Source: Candidatus Latescibacterota bacterium (GTDB lineage: Bacteria; Latescibacterota; UBA2968). From it: a DNA stretch of 62,741 nucleotides. Position 1 is the stretch's first letter. Each line of letters starts with the position of its first letter. The stretch lies in the NCBI GenBank assembly GCA_038279365.1, contig JAYODI010000026.1:1-62741 (forward strand), read 5' to 3'. Position numbers and translations under genes: made by a program. Positions 9,189 to 19,678 of the stretch are shown here, piece by piece. The notes under the pieces are model-generated. The model was not told the DNA's origin, ran no database searches, and saw nothing but the letters and a program-made list of their open reading frames with translations.

Positions 9189-9747
9189 TGTGAACGTTTT
9201 TTCTGGAAGTTAACCACAGGGTAATCGTTAGGGGTAGCAACAACCAAACGATTTGTAAGGTTGCCGTAAATGTGCCTAAAATGCCAATGCACCCTGAAAC
9301 AATAAGCCCATTGCAAAAGAAGTGTTTGTTGTATGGGGTGATCTGAGGCAAGAGATGGATAAGACGATTGGGAAGGCCTGTGGTTTGTTTGGGCGCATAG
9401 TGGCCAATGAGTATGCTGGCCCACGATAAAAGCCCTATTTCTATACTGACATGAGGAGACAGCCAACCCAACGCGACACCTATGTGGCGCAGGTGGCTGT
9501 GTGTGCAAATGAAGAATGCACCGTCGTGTAAAGGTCGCAGCAGGCCCACCTCATCTAATTGTGTGGCCCTTCGTTTGTCGGAAAAGGTGATGAAGCGAAA
9601 AAAAGCATAGATCACAACAATGGCTGCAGCATATCTATAAACGACATAGGTATGTACATAAGGCAAATGATTTTCAGATAAAAAAGCCGTTATGATGGTG
9701 ATGGATAAGGCAATAAGAGGCACGCGCTGTGATTGGATGTTGGCCAT
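9178..9747 (-). CDS. hypothetical membrane protein
   Basis: Several hydrophobic segments; overlaps the start of the DMT gene, suggesting coupling. Confidence 0.55.
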   Translation of the reverse strand: MANIQSQRVPLIALSITIITAFLSENHLPYVHTYVVYRYAAAIVVIYAFFRFITFSDKRRATQLDEVGLLRPLHDGAFFICTHSHLRHIGVALGWLSPHVSIEIGLLSWASILIGHYAPKQTTGLPNRLIHLLPQITPYNKHFFCNGLIVSGCIGILGTFTATLQIVWLLLPLTITLWLTSRKNVHNAQ

Positions 9748-9830
9748 ACATATCTCGTGATTTGTGGGAATGTTTTTTAGAATTGTGGATTATATAGGCT
9801 TATCATGACCTTGTCAAGGATGGAGGATTG

Positions 9831-11339
9831 ATGTTGAAACAATGGATTTTTATTCTGTGCGCCTGTGTGGTGGGGTTTGCCCCTCGTGTTGAAGCACGAG
9901 AATTTCTTAAAGAAATCGAAGAACAATACAATCAAGGAAAGCTTAAAGAAGCATTGGCCGTTGCACAAGCATTTGCTCAGGCTCACCCCGACAGTGTTGA
10001 TGCACAAGGGTTTTTAGGGACATTGTCTGCCGAAATGGGACAATGGAATGTGGCTGTATCTGCATTTCAGCGTTTGATTGCCCTTAAACCTACAACTGCT
10101 CGCGGCTACCGCGATTTGGCTGTTGTTTATTCCCAGCAGGGAAACGTACAGGAAGCCTTAAAAGCGTTGGCCGACGGCATTGAAAAAAGCGAACAGCCCG
10201 AGGTGTTGTTGGCTGAACGCTCGTCTTTGTATGCCGATCTTGGCAATGGCAAACAGGCCATTGCAGATTTGGAGCGCGCCATAGGTTTGGCACCTGACTT
10301 CATGGACTCTTATCAACAGTTGGCATTGTTGCATGTGGCCTTAAACGACACGGTGAAAGCTGTAGATGTGATGACACGCGCATTGAAGGCCAACCCAGAC
10401 AATGTGATGCTCAAGGTGAATCAAGGGGGAATCTTTCACGCACTGGGCATGACAAATAAAGCCTTGGCCGCTTATCGAAAAGCCATTGATTTGGCACCCG
10501 ATGATCCTGCATCTTATCGGGCTTTGGGATTTATGGCCGCCGAGGTGGAATCTTTGAAGGTTGCACGCGCAGCCTGGGAAAAGGCGAGAGATTTGGCACC
10601 CGATGATTTGGAGGTACGCGATGCCCTGTCCCAGCTTTATTTGGCAGAACGAGATCCAAAATCTGCTGTAGCTGAGATCGATGCGATATTGAAGCTTGCC
10701 CCCAATGCTTCTCGCATACGGTTTCGTTTGGCCGAAATTTATGCCCAAACGGGAAATTTGCCTCAGGCAAAGACACAGTTGTTGGCCTGTATAACCCGTT
10801 CTTCTAATTGGGTGCAGCCTTATAAACGCTTGGCTTTGATTTATATGAGTGAAGATTTGGTTGACTCTGCAGAAGTTATTTATAACAAAGCCTTGACTTT
10901 GGTGCCCAATGATGCCGAAATTCACAACAACTTGGGTTATGTCTATTCTGTACGTGGCGAACTGGGCAAAGCGAAGTCGGCGTATGAAAAGGCCATTGAT
11001 GTCAGCCAAGATGCGGCAACGTTGCGTGATGCACAGAACAATTTGGATATTATTGCGTCTATCCAGGCAGGAAAAATGCGTGCCCGACATATTTTGGTCA
11101 AAACCGAAACGGAGGCGCAAGATATATTGAACCAGCTCAAAGCAGGGGCTGATTTTAGCGAAATGGTTCAAAAATATTCGGTTGACCCATCTAAGGCTGT
11201 AGGTGGCAGTATCGGATTTTTTTCTAAGGGCGATTTGCATCCTGCGTTTGAGGCGGCTGTGATAAAATTGAATCCCAACGATATTAGTGGTGTGGTCAAA
11301 ACCCCTTTGGGCTTTCATATTATTCAGCGTGTGAATTAA
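9831..11339 (+). CDS. secreted TPR protein with a C-terminal parvulin (PpiC-type) PPIase domain
   Basis: RBS GGAGG, signal peptide, TPRs, RARHILVK...YSVDPS..GGSIG..TPLGFHII. Confidence 0.88.
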   Translation: MLKQWIFILCACVVGFAPRVEAREFLKEIEEQYNQGKLKEALAVAQAFAQAHPDSVDAQGFLGTLSAEMGQWNVAVSAFQRLIALKPTTARGYRDLAVVYSQQGNVQEALKALADGIEKSEQPEVLLAERSSLYADLGNGKQAIADLERAIGLAPDFMDSYQQLALLHVALNDTVKAVDVMTRALKANPDNVMLKVNQGGIFHALGMTNKALAAYRKAIDLAPDDPASYRALGFMAAEVESLKVARAAWEKARDLAPDDLEVRDALSQLYLAERDPKSAVAEIDAILKLAPNASRIRFRLAEIYAQTGNLPQAKTQLLACITRSSNWVQPYKRLALIYMSEDLVDSAEVIYNKALTLVPNDAEIHNNLGYVYSVRGELGKAKSAYEKAIDVSQDAATLRDAQNNLDIIASIQAGKMRARHILVKTETEAQDILNQLKAGADFSEMVQKYSVDPSKAVGGSIGFFSKGDLHPAFEAAVIKLNPNDISGVVKTPLGFHIIQRVN

Positions 11340-11490
11340 GGATTGAGACTTACAACGTGATTGATCACAAATGGACACCCGTGATGGAGGCTTTTGGGCT
11401 GAGATTGTATTTTCAAGGGGTGCCTTGGGTTGGTTTAACAAACGGTGGCAAACACATTTGCCACCGTTTGTCTTGGTTGGGGGTGTTGGG

Positions 11491-12513
11491 ATGAAGCGTT
11501 TGCGCAAAATTGCATTTTGGGGTGTTGGCATTGTGTTGTTGGGGTGGCTCATTCACAATGTGGGCATTGCGTCGGCGTGGACACAGGTACGCATGATGGG
11601 GTGGGGGTATATCCCGATCTTATTTATTGCATTTTGTTGGCATTTGAGCAATACGTGGGCGTGGGCAGTTTGTTTTGATCCCAAATTACCTCGCCCAAAT
11701 ATTTGGTCGCTGTTTCGTACCAAAATGTCGGGTGAGGCTGTTGGCAATGTAACGCCGGCCTCTCATGTAGGTGGAGAAGTTGCCAAAGCGTATATGTTGC
11801 GTGATCAAATATCCGTTACGCAGGGTATCCCCTCATTGGTGGTAAATAAAACCATTGAGATGGTGAGCGGTTTGGTGTTTGCTTTGGCTGGAGCTTGTGT
11901 TGCTGTGTGGCAATTTTCTTTGCCCATAGAAGTGCAAGTGGGGTTGGGGATGGCATTGTTTTTGGGTAGTTTGGGTATTGTTACGGCATTCATATCGCAA
12001 CGGCAAAATACATTTGTATGGCTTGTGAATCTGTTGGGGCGATTGCGTCTTACTTTTTTGGAATCTCGACGCGAGAAATTTGTTGAGATGGATCGGGCCA
12101 TTGCCGCATTTTATAAACACAATCGCAAAGGTTTTGGATGGTGCCTGGGGTTGCACATTTTGAGTTGGGTTTTGGGTACGTTTGAGGTTTATGCCATATT
12201 ACACTTATTGGAACAACCCCAACCATTTGCATCTGCTTTTTTGTTTATGTCTTTGTCTTTGGTCATTAATACGGCGTTTTTCTTTATACCGTCGGGTGTG
12301 GGTGTTTTTGAAAGTGGGCATGTTTTTTTGTTTCAGTTGTTGGGGCTTACTGCAGATTTGGGGTTGGGGGTTGCACTGATTCGGAGAATACGAAAAGTTT
12401 TTTGGGTTACTTTTGGGTTTGTATTGATGGTATTAAGACGGCGTAACAAAGGTGATAAAACGCCTCTGTCAATAGATGCTCCAATTTCAGCGGATATCCC
12501 AAAAACGCCTTAA
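11491..12513 (+). CDS. lysylphosphatidylglycerol-synthase TM (flippase-like, HpnL-like) membrane protein
   Basis: GEAVGNVTPASHVGGEVAKAY, FFIPSGVGVFE, IRRIR; multiple TM helices. Confidence 0.8.
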   Translation: MKRLRKIAFWGVGIVLLGWLIHNVGIASAWTQVRMMGWGYIPILFIAFCWHLSNTWAWAVCFDPKLPRPNIWSLFRTKMSGEAVGNVTPASHVGGEVAKAYMLRDQISVTQGIPSLVVNKTIEMVSGLVFALAGACVAVWQFSLPIEVQVGLGMALFLGSLGIVTAFISQRQNTFVWLVNLLGRLRLTFLESRREKFVEMDRAIAAFYKHNRKGFGWCLGLHILSWVLGTFEVYAILHLLEQPQPFASAFLFMSLSLVINTAFFFIPSGVGVFESGHVFLFQLLGLTADLGLGVALIRRIRKVFWVTFGFVLMVLRRRNKGDKTPLSIDAPISADIPKTP

Positions 12514-12688
12514 GCCATTTGATATCTAAAGATGATTGTGAGATGCTGTTAATCTGGCATAGGTTTCGCTTAGATGATGCAGGGGTATGTTTAAATTGTA
12601 AGTATCTTTTATAAATATGCTCAAATTATGGCTGTATTCGCTAATATTCTTGATGTTTTATCCTGTGATCTATTTGGGTTGTGAGGTA

Positions 12689-14068
12689 ATGGTGTTGCAT
12701 AAAAACAACAGGTGTATACTTTTTTCACACACATTTTTACAACGAACCCTCATTGTGGTATGGGGGGTTTTGTTTGGGGCGTCTGGGATATACGCCCAAA
12801 CCTTTGATCTTAAAACCAGCATTGAAAAAGCCCTGGAAATACACCCAGGAGTACAAGCCGCGCAAGTGGATATTGCGATTGCACAATCGCAATTGGATCA
12901 GGCAAGGGCGGCTCGCTTGTTGCCCAAGTTCGAAGTGCGGTCTGTGTTGGGGCCTTCTCCAGAAGCGCGTGGGAATGCGTTGGCTGGCGATACCAATTTG
13001 AGTGATTTGCAGGTGTTTTCGCAAACCGAAGCCACGTTTTTGCAGCCCCTTTATACATTTGGGAAATTAAGTGGGGCACGCGATGCTGCGTCTGCGGGGG
13101 TATTGGCTTATGAAGCGGGATTGGTGAAGTCGAAGGCCGATTTGGAATTGCAGGTTTTTGAAGTGTTTTATGGGGTGCATCTGTCAAAGGCACTTTGGGA
13201 ATTGGCTCAAGAAGCTCAAGGTGATTTTAAAAAAGCCCGCGATTTTGTGGCTGAAAAGCTTGAAAATGATGAAGGAGATTTTACATACGTCGATTTGGCA
13301 CGTATTGATCGTTTTGCTTTTGATGTAACCGAAAAAGTGAATGAGGCACAAAAAGCGCAAGATTTGGCCCAATCGGCAATGCGATTGTTGTTGGGGTTGA
13401 ATGCGTCAGATTCGTTGTCTTTGGGGGGGGCTTTGGTTGCGTTGGAAGTGGATATCTTACCCTTGGATCACTATTTGGAACGTGCCCGTCTACGTGCCGA
13501 AATGAAACAGCTTGATGCGGTTGCTCAGGTGCGCGAGTCGTTGGTGAAAGTGGCCAAGAGTGATTTGTATCCGCAATTGTTTTTGGCTGGACAATTTAAG
13601 TATTCTTATGCGCCTAACAGAGATGATCAAAAAAGCCCTTTTGCCTATGATCCACTCAATTTGTTGCAAACGGGTGCGGTGGTTGGATTTCAGCAATCGC
13701 TCTCTTTTGGATTGACGTCGGCCAAAGTAAAAAAAGCCCAATTAGAGCACCAAAAGATTCTTTATCAAACGGATTTGGCGCGAAAAGGGATGGCCATTGA
13801 GATTGAAAAGATTTATCGGGAATTAAAAGAAGCGGAGAGTAATTTGGCGGCCGCTGAAAAAGCTCGGCGTGCGGCACGACGTTGGTTTATTGCTGTGCGT
13901 GATGGTTTTAACGGAGGTTTTGAAAAAGCCTCTGACATGATTGACGCCGTAAAAGAATACGGCATTATTCGCGCCAAATATTTTGAGGCAGTTTACAATT
14001 TTAACAAGGCATGGGCCAAATTGCAGCGTGCAACAGGACAGCCCATTGTGCAGTCATTAGGACTTTAG
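12689..14068 (+). CDS. TolC family outer-membrane efflux protein
   Basis: Two OEP repeats (QPLYTFGK; AKSDLYPQL); start uncertain (12617 or 12689). Confidence 0.85.
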   Translation: MVLHKNNRCILFSHTFLQRTLIVVWGVLFGASGIYAQTFDLKTSIEKALEIHPGVQAAQVDIAIAQSQLDQARAARLLPKFEVRSVLGPSPEARGNALAGDTNLSDLQVFSQTEATFLQPLYTFGKLSGARDAASAGVLAYEAGLVKSKADLELQVFEVFYGVHLSKALWELAQEAQGDFKKARDFVAEKLENDEGDFTYVDLARIDRFAFDVTEKVNEAQKAQDLAQSAMRLLLGLNASDSLSLGGALVALEVDILPLDHYLERARLRAEMKQLDAVAQVRESLVKVAKSDLYPQLFLAGQFKYSYAPNRDDQKSPFAYDPLNLLQTGAVVGFQQSLSFGLTSAKVKKAQLEHQKILYQTDLARKGMAIEIEKIYRELKEAESNLAAAEKARRAARRWFIAVRDGFNGGFEKASDMIDAVKEYGIIRAKYFEAVYNFNKAWAKLQRATGQPIVQSLGL

Positions 14069-14075
14069 GAAAGGT

Positions 14076-15551
14076 ATGAATATGGTCAAAAAGGCCGTTA
14101 TTATTGCAGCTGGAATGGGGAGCCGTCTGCGTGGGTATGGTAGTGATATGCCCAAGCCTTTGGTGCCTGTCGCGGGTGTTCCACTTTTAAAAAGAACCAT
14201 CTTATCGGCCAAAAGAGGTGGCATTAGCGAACTGGTGGTTATTACGGGTTTTCGTGGCGATGAGATTCGGTCTGCCCTTATGGATGACGCACAGTTTGTC
14301 GATTTGGACATTGATTGGGTGCACAATGCCGATTGGGAACGCGGCAATGGCGTGTCGGTGCTGGCGGCCAAAGAATATGTGGATGAACCTTTTGTTTTGT
14401 TGATGTCTGACCATCTGTTTGACCCTGAGGTTTTGGTTAAATTGCGCCATATTCCCATTGGCCCAGATGAAGCCATTTTGGGTGTCGATTCCAATTTGGA
14501 TGGTATTTTTGATATGGAAGATGCCACCAAGGTGCTTTTAGATGGGGATCGCATAGAGAAAATTGGCAAGGAGTTGGCCAATTACAATGCGGTTGATACG
14601 GGCATGTTTTTGTGTAGCCCGTTTTTGTTTACGGCATTGGAACAATCGATTGCCTCGGGTGAAGGATCACTCTCTGGGGGGATTCGGGTTTTGTCTGAGC
14701 AAGGCACCATGCGCACGGTGGATGTGGAAGGGCATTTTTGGTTGGATGTCGATACACCAGAAGCCCATGTGCAAGCCGAACGATCTTTGTTTCGGATGTT
14801 GGGCAAACCCACAGACGGTTTTGTTTCTCGGAACTTTAATCGAAAAGTTTCCACGCGCATCACGCGACTGTTGGTACACACGCCTTTTACGCCCAATCAA
14901 TTGTCCATAGTGACCATGCTGATTAGTTTTGTTTCTGCGTGGTTGGTGTCTCAGGGGGGGACCAGCTATTGGCATCTTGCTTTGGGTGGGCTGTTGTTTC
15001 AATTTGCGTCTATTGTAGATGGGTGTGACGGGGAGATTGCCAAGCTGAAGTTTATGGGGTCTCGCATGGGAGAATGGGTTGATACCATTGCCGATAATGT
15101 GTCTTATCTGGTTTTTCTAATTGCGGTTATTGCAGGGATGTATGCCCACACGGGGGATTCGTTTTATCCTTTGTTGGGTGGCGCGATGCTGTCGCTTGAT
15201 GTTTTGGGGGTACTGCTCATATTTCTTTATCTAAAAGTGGTTGGGTCGGGCAGTATTGTGAGCTTTAATATGGCCTTTTCGAGCGATGTGCCAGAAGAAG
15301 AGCGCGGTTGGGTGTTTAAGATTTGTAAATCTTTGTTATTTATGAGCCGGCGTGATTTTTTTGCTGCACTTTTTTGCGTGTTGGCTCTCTTAAATAGCAT
15401 AGAAGGAATGTATTGGTATTTGACCATTGGGTCTGGGTTTTTGTGTGCTGGTATTTTTGGTTTTGCGGGGCAGATGTTGCGCACAAGAGGGGCTTGGGCA
15501 AACACGCCTGTCGCGTCTGATCCTGCTAAAATGGTAGAAAAAGCAGATTAA
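14076..15551 (+). CDS. bifunctional NTP-transferase + CDP-alcohol phosphotransferase (IPCT/DIPPS-like)
   Basis: AVIIAAGMGSRL...PKPL at the N-terminus; TPNQLS and DGCDGEIAKLK..G..VDTIAD CDP-OH motif. Confidence 0.88.
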   Translation: MNMVKKAVIIAAGMGSRLRGYGSDMPKPLVPVAGVPLLKRTILSAKRGGISELVVITGFRGDEIRSALMDDAQFVDLDIDWVHNADWERGNGVSVLAAKEYVDEPFVLLMSDHLFDPEVLVKLRHIPIGPDEAILGVDSNLDGIFDMEDATKVLLDGDRIEKIGKELANYNAVDTGMFLCSPFLFTALEQSIASGEGSLSGGIRVLSEQGTMRTVDVEGHFWLDVDTPEAHVQAERSLFRMLGKPTDGFVSRNFNRKVSTRITRLLVHTPFTPNQLSIVTMLISFVSAWLVSQGGTSYWHLALGGLLFQFASIVDGCDGEIAKLKFMGSRMGEWVDTIADNVSYLVFLIAVIAGMYAHTGDSFYPLLGGAMLSLDVLGVLLIFLYLKVVGSGSIVSFNMAFSSDVPEEERGWVFKICKSLLFMSRRDFFAALFCVLALLNSIEGMYWYLTIGSGFLCAGIFGFAGQMLRTRGAWANTPVASDPAKMVEKAD

Positions 15552-15650
15552 TGGGGTGAGGAACTCGAGCGTTATTTGGGCGTTCATCTATTGAGTCTTG
15601 CAGAAAGTTGTTGCCTATATGGGTGTTTTATTCTTATGTAAGAGGTGGTT

Positions 15651-16274
15651 ATGACTGCTTTTATACGTTTTATGCTGTGTATGGTTGCTGCTGTTGGTGT
15701 TTCTGGTGTTGCCAGGGCAGATCAAAGCCAAGCGTTGCTTGATATGGTAAAATCGCGTGACAAAGCCATTCAGGATATCGTGCGTTCAAAAACCAAAGGT
15801 GAAACGCCCGAAGAACGTGCAAGACTAAAAGCGATTGTGGCTGAGCTTTTTGACTTTGAGGCTTTGAGCGAGTTGTCCTTGGGATCCTCTTGGGCGGAAC
15901 GGACAGAGACTGAGAAAAAAGAGTTTACAGAGTTGAATCGGCTTTTAATCGAAAAGAATTATGCCGATCCCAAATTGTATTCCAAAGCTGAGAAAATAGA
16001 TTATGCAGGCGTTGAAATTGATGGTCAAGAGGCCTTGGTTAAAACGGTTGTTTCTTATAAAACCGAAAAAAGCCATATTGATTATCAAATGCATTTGGTT
16101 GGTGGCAAGTGGTTGATTTATGATATGATCGTAGATGACTTAAGCATAGGTAAAAGCAATCGTTCGCAATTTCGAAAAGAAATGCGCAAAACCTCATTTG
16201 AGGGCTTAATGGACAAATTGCGGCAAAGGTTAGATGCTGACGGTTCGGGGGAGAAGGGAGTTTCTACAAGTTGA
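15651..16274 (+). CDS. MlaC/Ttg2D (HpnM-like) periplasmic lipid-binding protein
   Basis: FDFEALSELSLG..W and WLIYDMIVDDLS...RSQF. Confidence 0.85.
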   Translation: MTAFIRFMLCMVAAVGVSGVARADQSQALLDMVKSRDKAIQDIVRSKTKGETPEERARLKAIVAELFDFEALSELSLGSSWAERTETEKKEFTELNRLLIEKNYADPKLYSKAEKIDYAGVEIDGQEALVKTVVSYKTEKSHIDYQMHLVGGKWLIYDMIVDDLSIGKSNRSQFRKEMRKTSFEGLMDKLRQRLDADGSGEKGVSTS

Positions 16275-18721
16275 TAGAACGCTGGTTTAGAGACTTGGCC
16301 GACCTGACTTATCGACACTACAAAAGTATTATTGTGGTGTCGATTTTGTTGACGGTCTTTTGTAGTTTTTTTGTGTTCAAATTGGTTCGCAGATTGGAAA
16401 CCGATATTGCGGCGCTGATTCCTCATGATTACCAGAGCGTCAAGACCATTGACGAGATTAAGAAACGTGTGGGTGGTGTTGGCAGTCTGGTCATTTTGGT
16501 GCAAAGCCCCGATTTTGAGGCCAACAAGCGGTTTGCCGAAGATTTGGTAAAAGAACTACAAGACACGGAATATAAACAGTATGTCAATTTTATCGATTAT
16601 AAACGAGATATCGATTTTTTTACCAAAAATGCACTGTTGTTTATGGATAAGGGTGACTTAGAAGAAATTCTTATGCGTGTGGAAGATCGCATCGCACAAG
16701 AAAAGCTGAAATTGTCTCCTCTTTATATTCAGCTTGATGATGGTGAAGATGAAGATGTCTTGGATTTTTCGGACATAGAGGCCAAATATCGCGGTGCAGA
16801 AGAAGGGGATGGAACCTATTATACCAACCGAGATCGCACCGTTTTGGCTATTGAGGCGATGGCAGCTGGCACAGTAAGTAATATTGGATTTGCCAAGGCT
16901 ATGCATAACAAACTGAAGGAGGCTGTGGCAAAGGTTGGGCCGTTGTCATATCATTCGCAAATGACCATTGAATATGGGGGGCCATTTAAGAATAAGATAG
17001 ATGAGTATGACACCATTTTATCAGATATCAAATCAACCCTGGTTTTGGGTATTGTTGGTGTTGTTTTAATTTTAACCATTTATTTTCGCCAGCCTTTGGC
17101 TGCTGTTTTTGTGGCCTTGCCACTCCTTATGGGGCTTATTTGGGCCTTTGCCATTACCTATTGGGTGATTGGCAATCTCAATACAATGACGGGTTTTTTG
17201 TTTGTCATTTTATTTGGGTTGGGGATTGATTTTGGTATCCATTTGTTTGCTCGGTATCTTGAAGATCGCATGGACAATATGGATGTGCGGTTGTCGATTG
17301 AAACGATGCTGAGTCAAACGGGTCAGGCCATTTTGACAGCTGCACTAACCACCTCTATTGCTTTCTTTTCATTAACGCTTACAGATTTTAAAGGGTTTTC
17401 GGAGTTTGGTTTTATTGTGGGCACTGGCATTATTATGTCGTTAATCACGATGACGACTGTGTTGCCTGCGGTATTGGTTTTGGCAGATAGAAAATTCAAA
17501 CTGGTTCGTATGCGTCATGTATGGGGGCACGATTGGGGAAATAACCGGGGGCATTTTAAAGGCGCAAAAACAGTTCTGGTTTTGGCCTCTGTGGTGACCA
17601 TTTATTTGGGTGTGAATCTGCATAAGATTGAATTTGAATACGACTTTACAAACTTGCGTTCGAATTTGCCAGCTTCTGTTGCCGTCAAGCAAAAGATGGC
17701 TACCATTTCCAAATACAGCAACGAATCACAGTCTTATAGCATTGTATTGGCAGATAGCAAAGCAGAATTGGATGAGATTGTTGTTGCATTGGAGAAAAAA
17801 ATTGCGGAAGATGACCCCACACCGACTATAGATAAAGTAAAAACGCTGTGGTTGGAGTTGCGTGGACAAGATGAAAAGTTGGAGATTATTGAAGAGATTC
17901 GGACATTGGCCAATGGCGAGGCGACGAAACTTCTTAAGGGTGAACAGAAGGCAAAGCTTGATTCGTTGCGTGGATTACTGGATGTTTCTCGATTAGCGGT
18001 TGAAGATTTGCCAGAAAACATTTTGCGCAAGTTTCGCACCATTGATGGCAGTCAAGCTTACTTTGCCCAGATCTTGCCAAGTGTGCAGCTTCGCGATGGA
18101 AAAAATGCCATTGCATTTGCCGAAGATTCACAAGTGATCAATACGGCTTCGGGTAAAACGTTTTACTCTTCGAGTGCCAATATCATTTTTGCAGATATGT
18201 TGCAATTGATGTTGCGTGATAGTCCACAGGCAATTTATCTAACGGTATTTGTGGTTTTTTTAATTGTTTTGGGTGACTTTAAAAGTTTGCGGTCTGCTCT
18301 TTTGGTGATGTTTCCACTTGTGTGTGGCACCGTGTGGATGTGTGGGACGCTTTATTTGCAAAGCTTAAAGCTCAATTTTTATAATATTGTTGCTTTGCCC
18401 ACCATTATTGGTATGGGTATAGACAATGGTGTGCATTTGTATCATCGTTATAAAGAGGAAGGCCCAGGGTCGATGCCTTTGGTTTTAAAGAGCACTGGTG
18501 GAGCCATGCTTGTCTCTATGTTGACAACCATGGTTGGTTTTTTTGGTTTGATGACCGCGCAACATCCTGGGCTCAATTCGATTGGTCGTTTGGCGTTGAT
18601 CGGTTTGTTGACCTGTTTTATTACAGCGGTTTTTGTGTTGCCAGCTTTATTAGAGGTTTTGGATGGCAAACGGATTGTTGACAAAGCTGACAAAGATGAT
18701 GCTGAGGCACAAAGTGATTAA
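16271..18721 (+). CDS. MMPL family RND transporter (HpnN-like)
   Basis: GLGIDFGIH and GMGIDNGVH repeats; two TM bundles. Confidence 0.9.
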   Translation: MIERWFRDLADLTYRHYKSIIVVSILLTVFCSFFVFKLVRRLETDIAALIPHDYQSVKTIDEIKKRVGGVGSLVILVQSPDFEANKRFAEDLVKELQDTEYKQYVNFIDYKRDIDFFTKNALLFMDKGDLEEILMRVEDRIAQEKLKLSPLYIQLDDGEDEDVLDFSDIEAKYRGAEEGDGTYYTNRDRTVLAIEAMAAGTVSNIGFAKAMHNKLKEAVAKVGPLSYHSQMTIEYGGPFKNKIDEYDTILSDIKSTLVLGIVGVVLILTIYFRQPLAAVFVALPLLMGLIWAFAITYWVIGNLNTMTGFLFVILFGLGIDFGIHLFARYLEDRMDNMDVRLSIETMLSQTGQAILTAALTTSIAFFSLTLTDFKGFSEFGFIVGTGIIMSLITMTTVLPAVLVLADRKFKLVRMRHVWGHDWGNNRGHFKGAKTVLVLASVVTIYLGVNLHKIEFEYDFTNLRSNLPASVAVKQKMATISKYSNESQSYSIVLADSKAELDEIVVALEKKIAEDDPTPTIDKVKTLWLELRGQDEKLEIIEEIRTLANGEATKLLKGEQKAKLDSLRGLLDVSRLAVEDLPENILRKFRTIDGSQAYFAQILPSVQLRDGKNAIAFAEDSQVINTASGKTFYSSSANIIFADMLQLMLRDSPQAIYLTVFVVFLIVLGDFKSLRSALLVMFPLVCGTVWMCGTLYLQSLKLNFYNIVALPTIIGMGIDNGVHLYHRYKEEGPGSMPLVLKSTGGAMLVSMLTTMVGFFGLMTAQHPGLNSIGRLALIGLLTCFITAVFVLPALLEVLDGKRIVDKADKDDAEAQSD

Positions 18722-18743
18722 TGGTTTTTAAATAGATAATATG

Positions 18744-18776
18744 ACGCAGTGCGCAAATCGTGCACTGCGTTTTTTT
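18744..18776 (+). terminator. intrinsic terminator
   Basis: acgcagtgc/gcactgcgt stem followed by a T tract. Confidence 0.7.
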
Positions 18777-18782
18777 GTACGG

Positions 18783-18811
18783 TTGACGCAGGTGGGATGA
18801 AGGTTTATTAT
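18783..18811 (+). promoter_or_regulatory. sigma70-type promoter
   Basis: TTGACG, 17 bp spacer, TATTAT. Confidence 0.5.
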
Positions 18812-18881
18812 TGCACTGTTAAAAGAATTGGTCATTGAGATGGTTTCTGTTTGTTAAAAAAGAGAAAGTGGGAGCGGTAAG

Positions 18882-19676
18882 ATGATGAATATTTATGTGG
18901 GGTTTTTGGTGAGTTTGGTGTCGGGTTTATATACATCTTTTTGGGGCGCTTTTAAAGATTCGCCTTTTGAAGATTTTAAAGGGCGTACTTTTCCTCGCAG
19001 TGTCTATTTTCACGCTGTCATATTTGTTGCCTTATATTTTATTCCGTTTTTTCATGCGTCTTTTTCTGCCTTAAAGTTGTTTCAAGTGTTTTTTTTGACA
19101 ATGGGGTTGGAGCGTTTTTTGGCAGAGTTGTATAAAGGTTTTTTTCGCACAGAAGATCAAAGCAAATACTTTGTGCCGTCGCGCATTACCTTTTTTGGCA
19201 AACATGTACAAAGTGATCTTTTGCGTTATGTTGTGGGAACGGTTTTGGTGCTTGCTGTCTTTTCTGTGGTTACCATACCCTTTCAGGTGACCTCGTTTTG
19301 GACGTTTTTGATTGTGGCTTATGCAACTGGGTTGTTGGTTTCTTTGGGGGGGGCGTATAAAGATGCACCATTTGAAGGATTCCAACCTCTAAAATTTCAA
19401 CGGTCGGGCGTTGTTTTGGCTGTTTGTTCTCCGATCTTCTATTTTATTAATGACCCTGCAAGTCCGGTTTCATTGGGTTTTCTCATTTATATGAATGGTG
19501 GTTTGGAACGCTTTGTTGTGGAATATTATAAAACATATATTCAACGCACCATGTCGGGTAAGTTTCGCCCCGATCTTGTGCGCATTCAGCACCGAGTAGA
19601 TACACGTGAAAAATTTCATTATGGGGCTTGGGTCATTATTATTGGGCTGGTTGTCCTTTATATTTGCGAATTGTGA
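18882..19676 (+). CDS. hypothetical membrane protein with an internal two-fold repeat
   Basis: GAFKDSPFEDF..FPRS..GLERFLAELYK is repeated as GAYKDAPFEGF..FQRS..GLERFVVEYYK. Confidence 0.8.
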   Translation: MMNIYVGFLVSLVSGLYTSFWGAFKDSPFEDFKGRTFPRSVYFHAVIFVALYFIPFFHASFSALKLFQVFFLTMGLERFLAELYKGFFRTEDQSKYFVPSRITFFGKHVQSDLLRYVVGTVLVLAVFSVVTIPFQVTSFWTFLIVAYATGLLVSLGGAYKDAPFEGFQPLKFQRSGVVLAVCSPIFYFINDPASPVSLGFLIYMNGGLERFVVEYYKTYIQRTMSGKFRPDLVRIQHRVDTREKFHYGAWVIIIGLVVLYICEL

Positions 19677-19678
19677 AA

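Noticed and set aside
10341-11552. 403-aa minus-strand ORF
   Set aside because: Antisense shadow of the TPR-parvulin gene with no recognisable motifs
14076-15551. Di-myo-inositol-phosphate thermoprotectant pathway
   Set aside because: The domain architecture fits, but substrate cannot be read from motifs and the context is lipid export; not asserted
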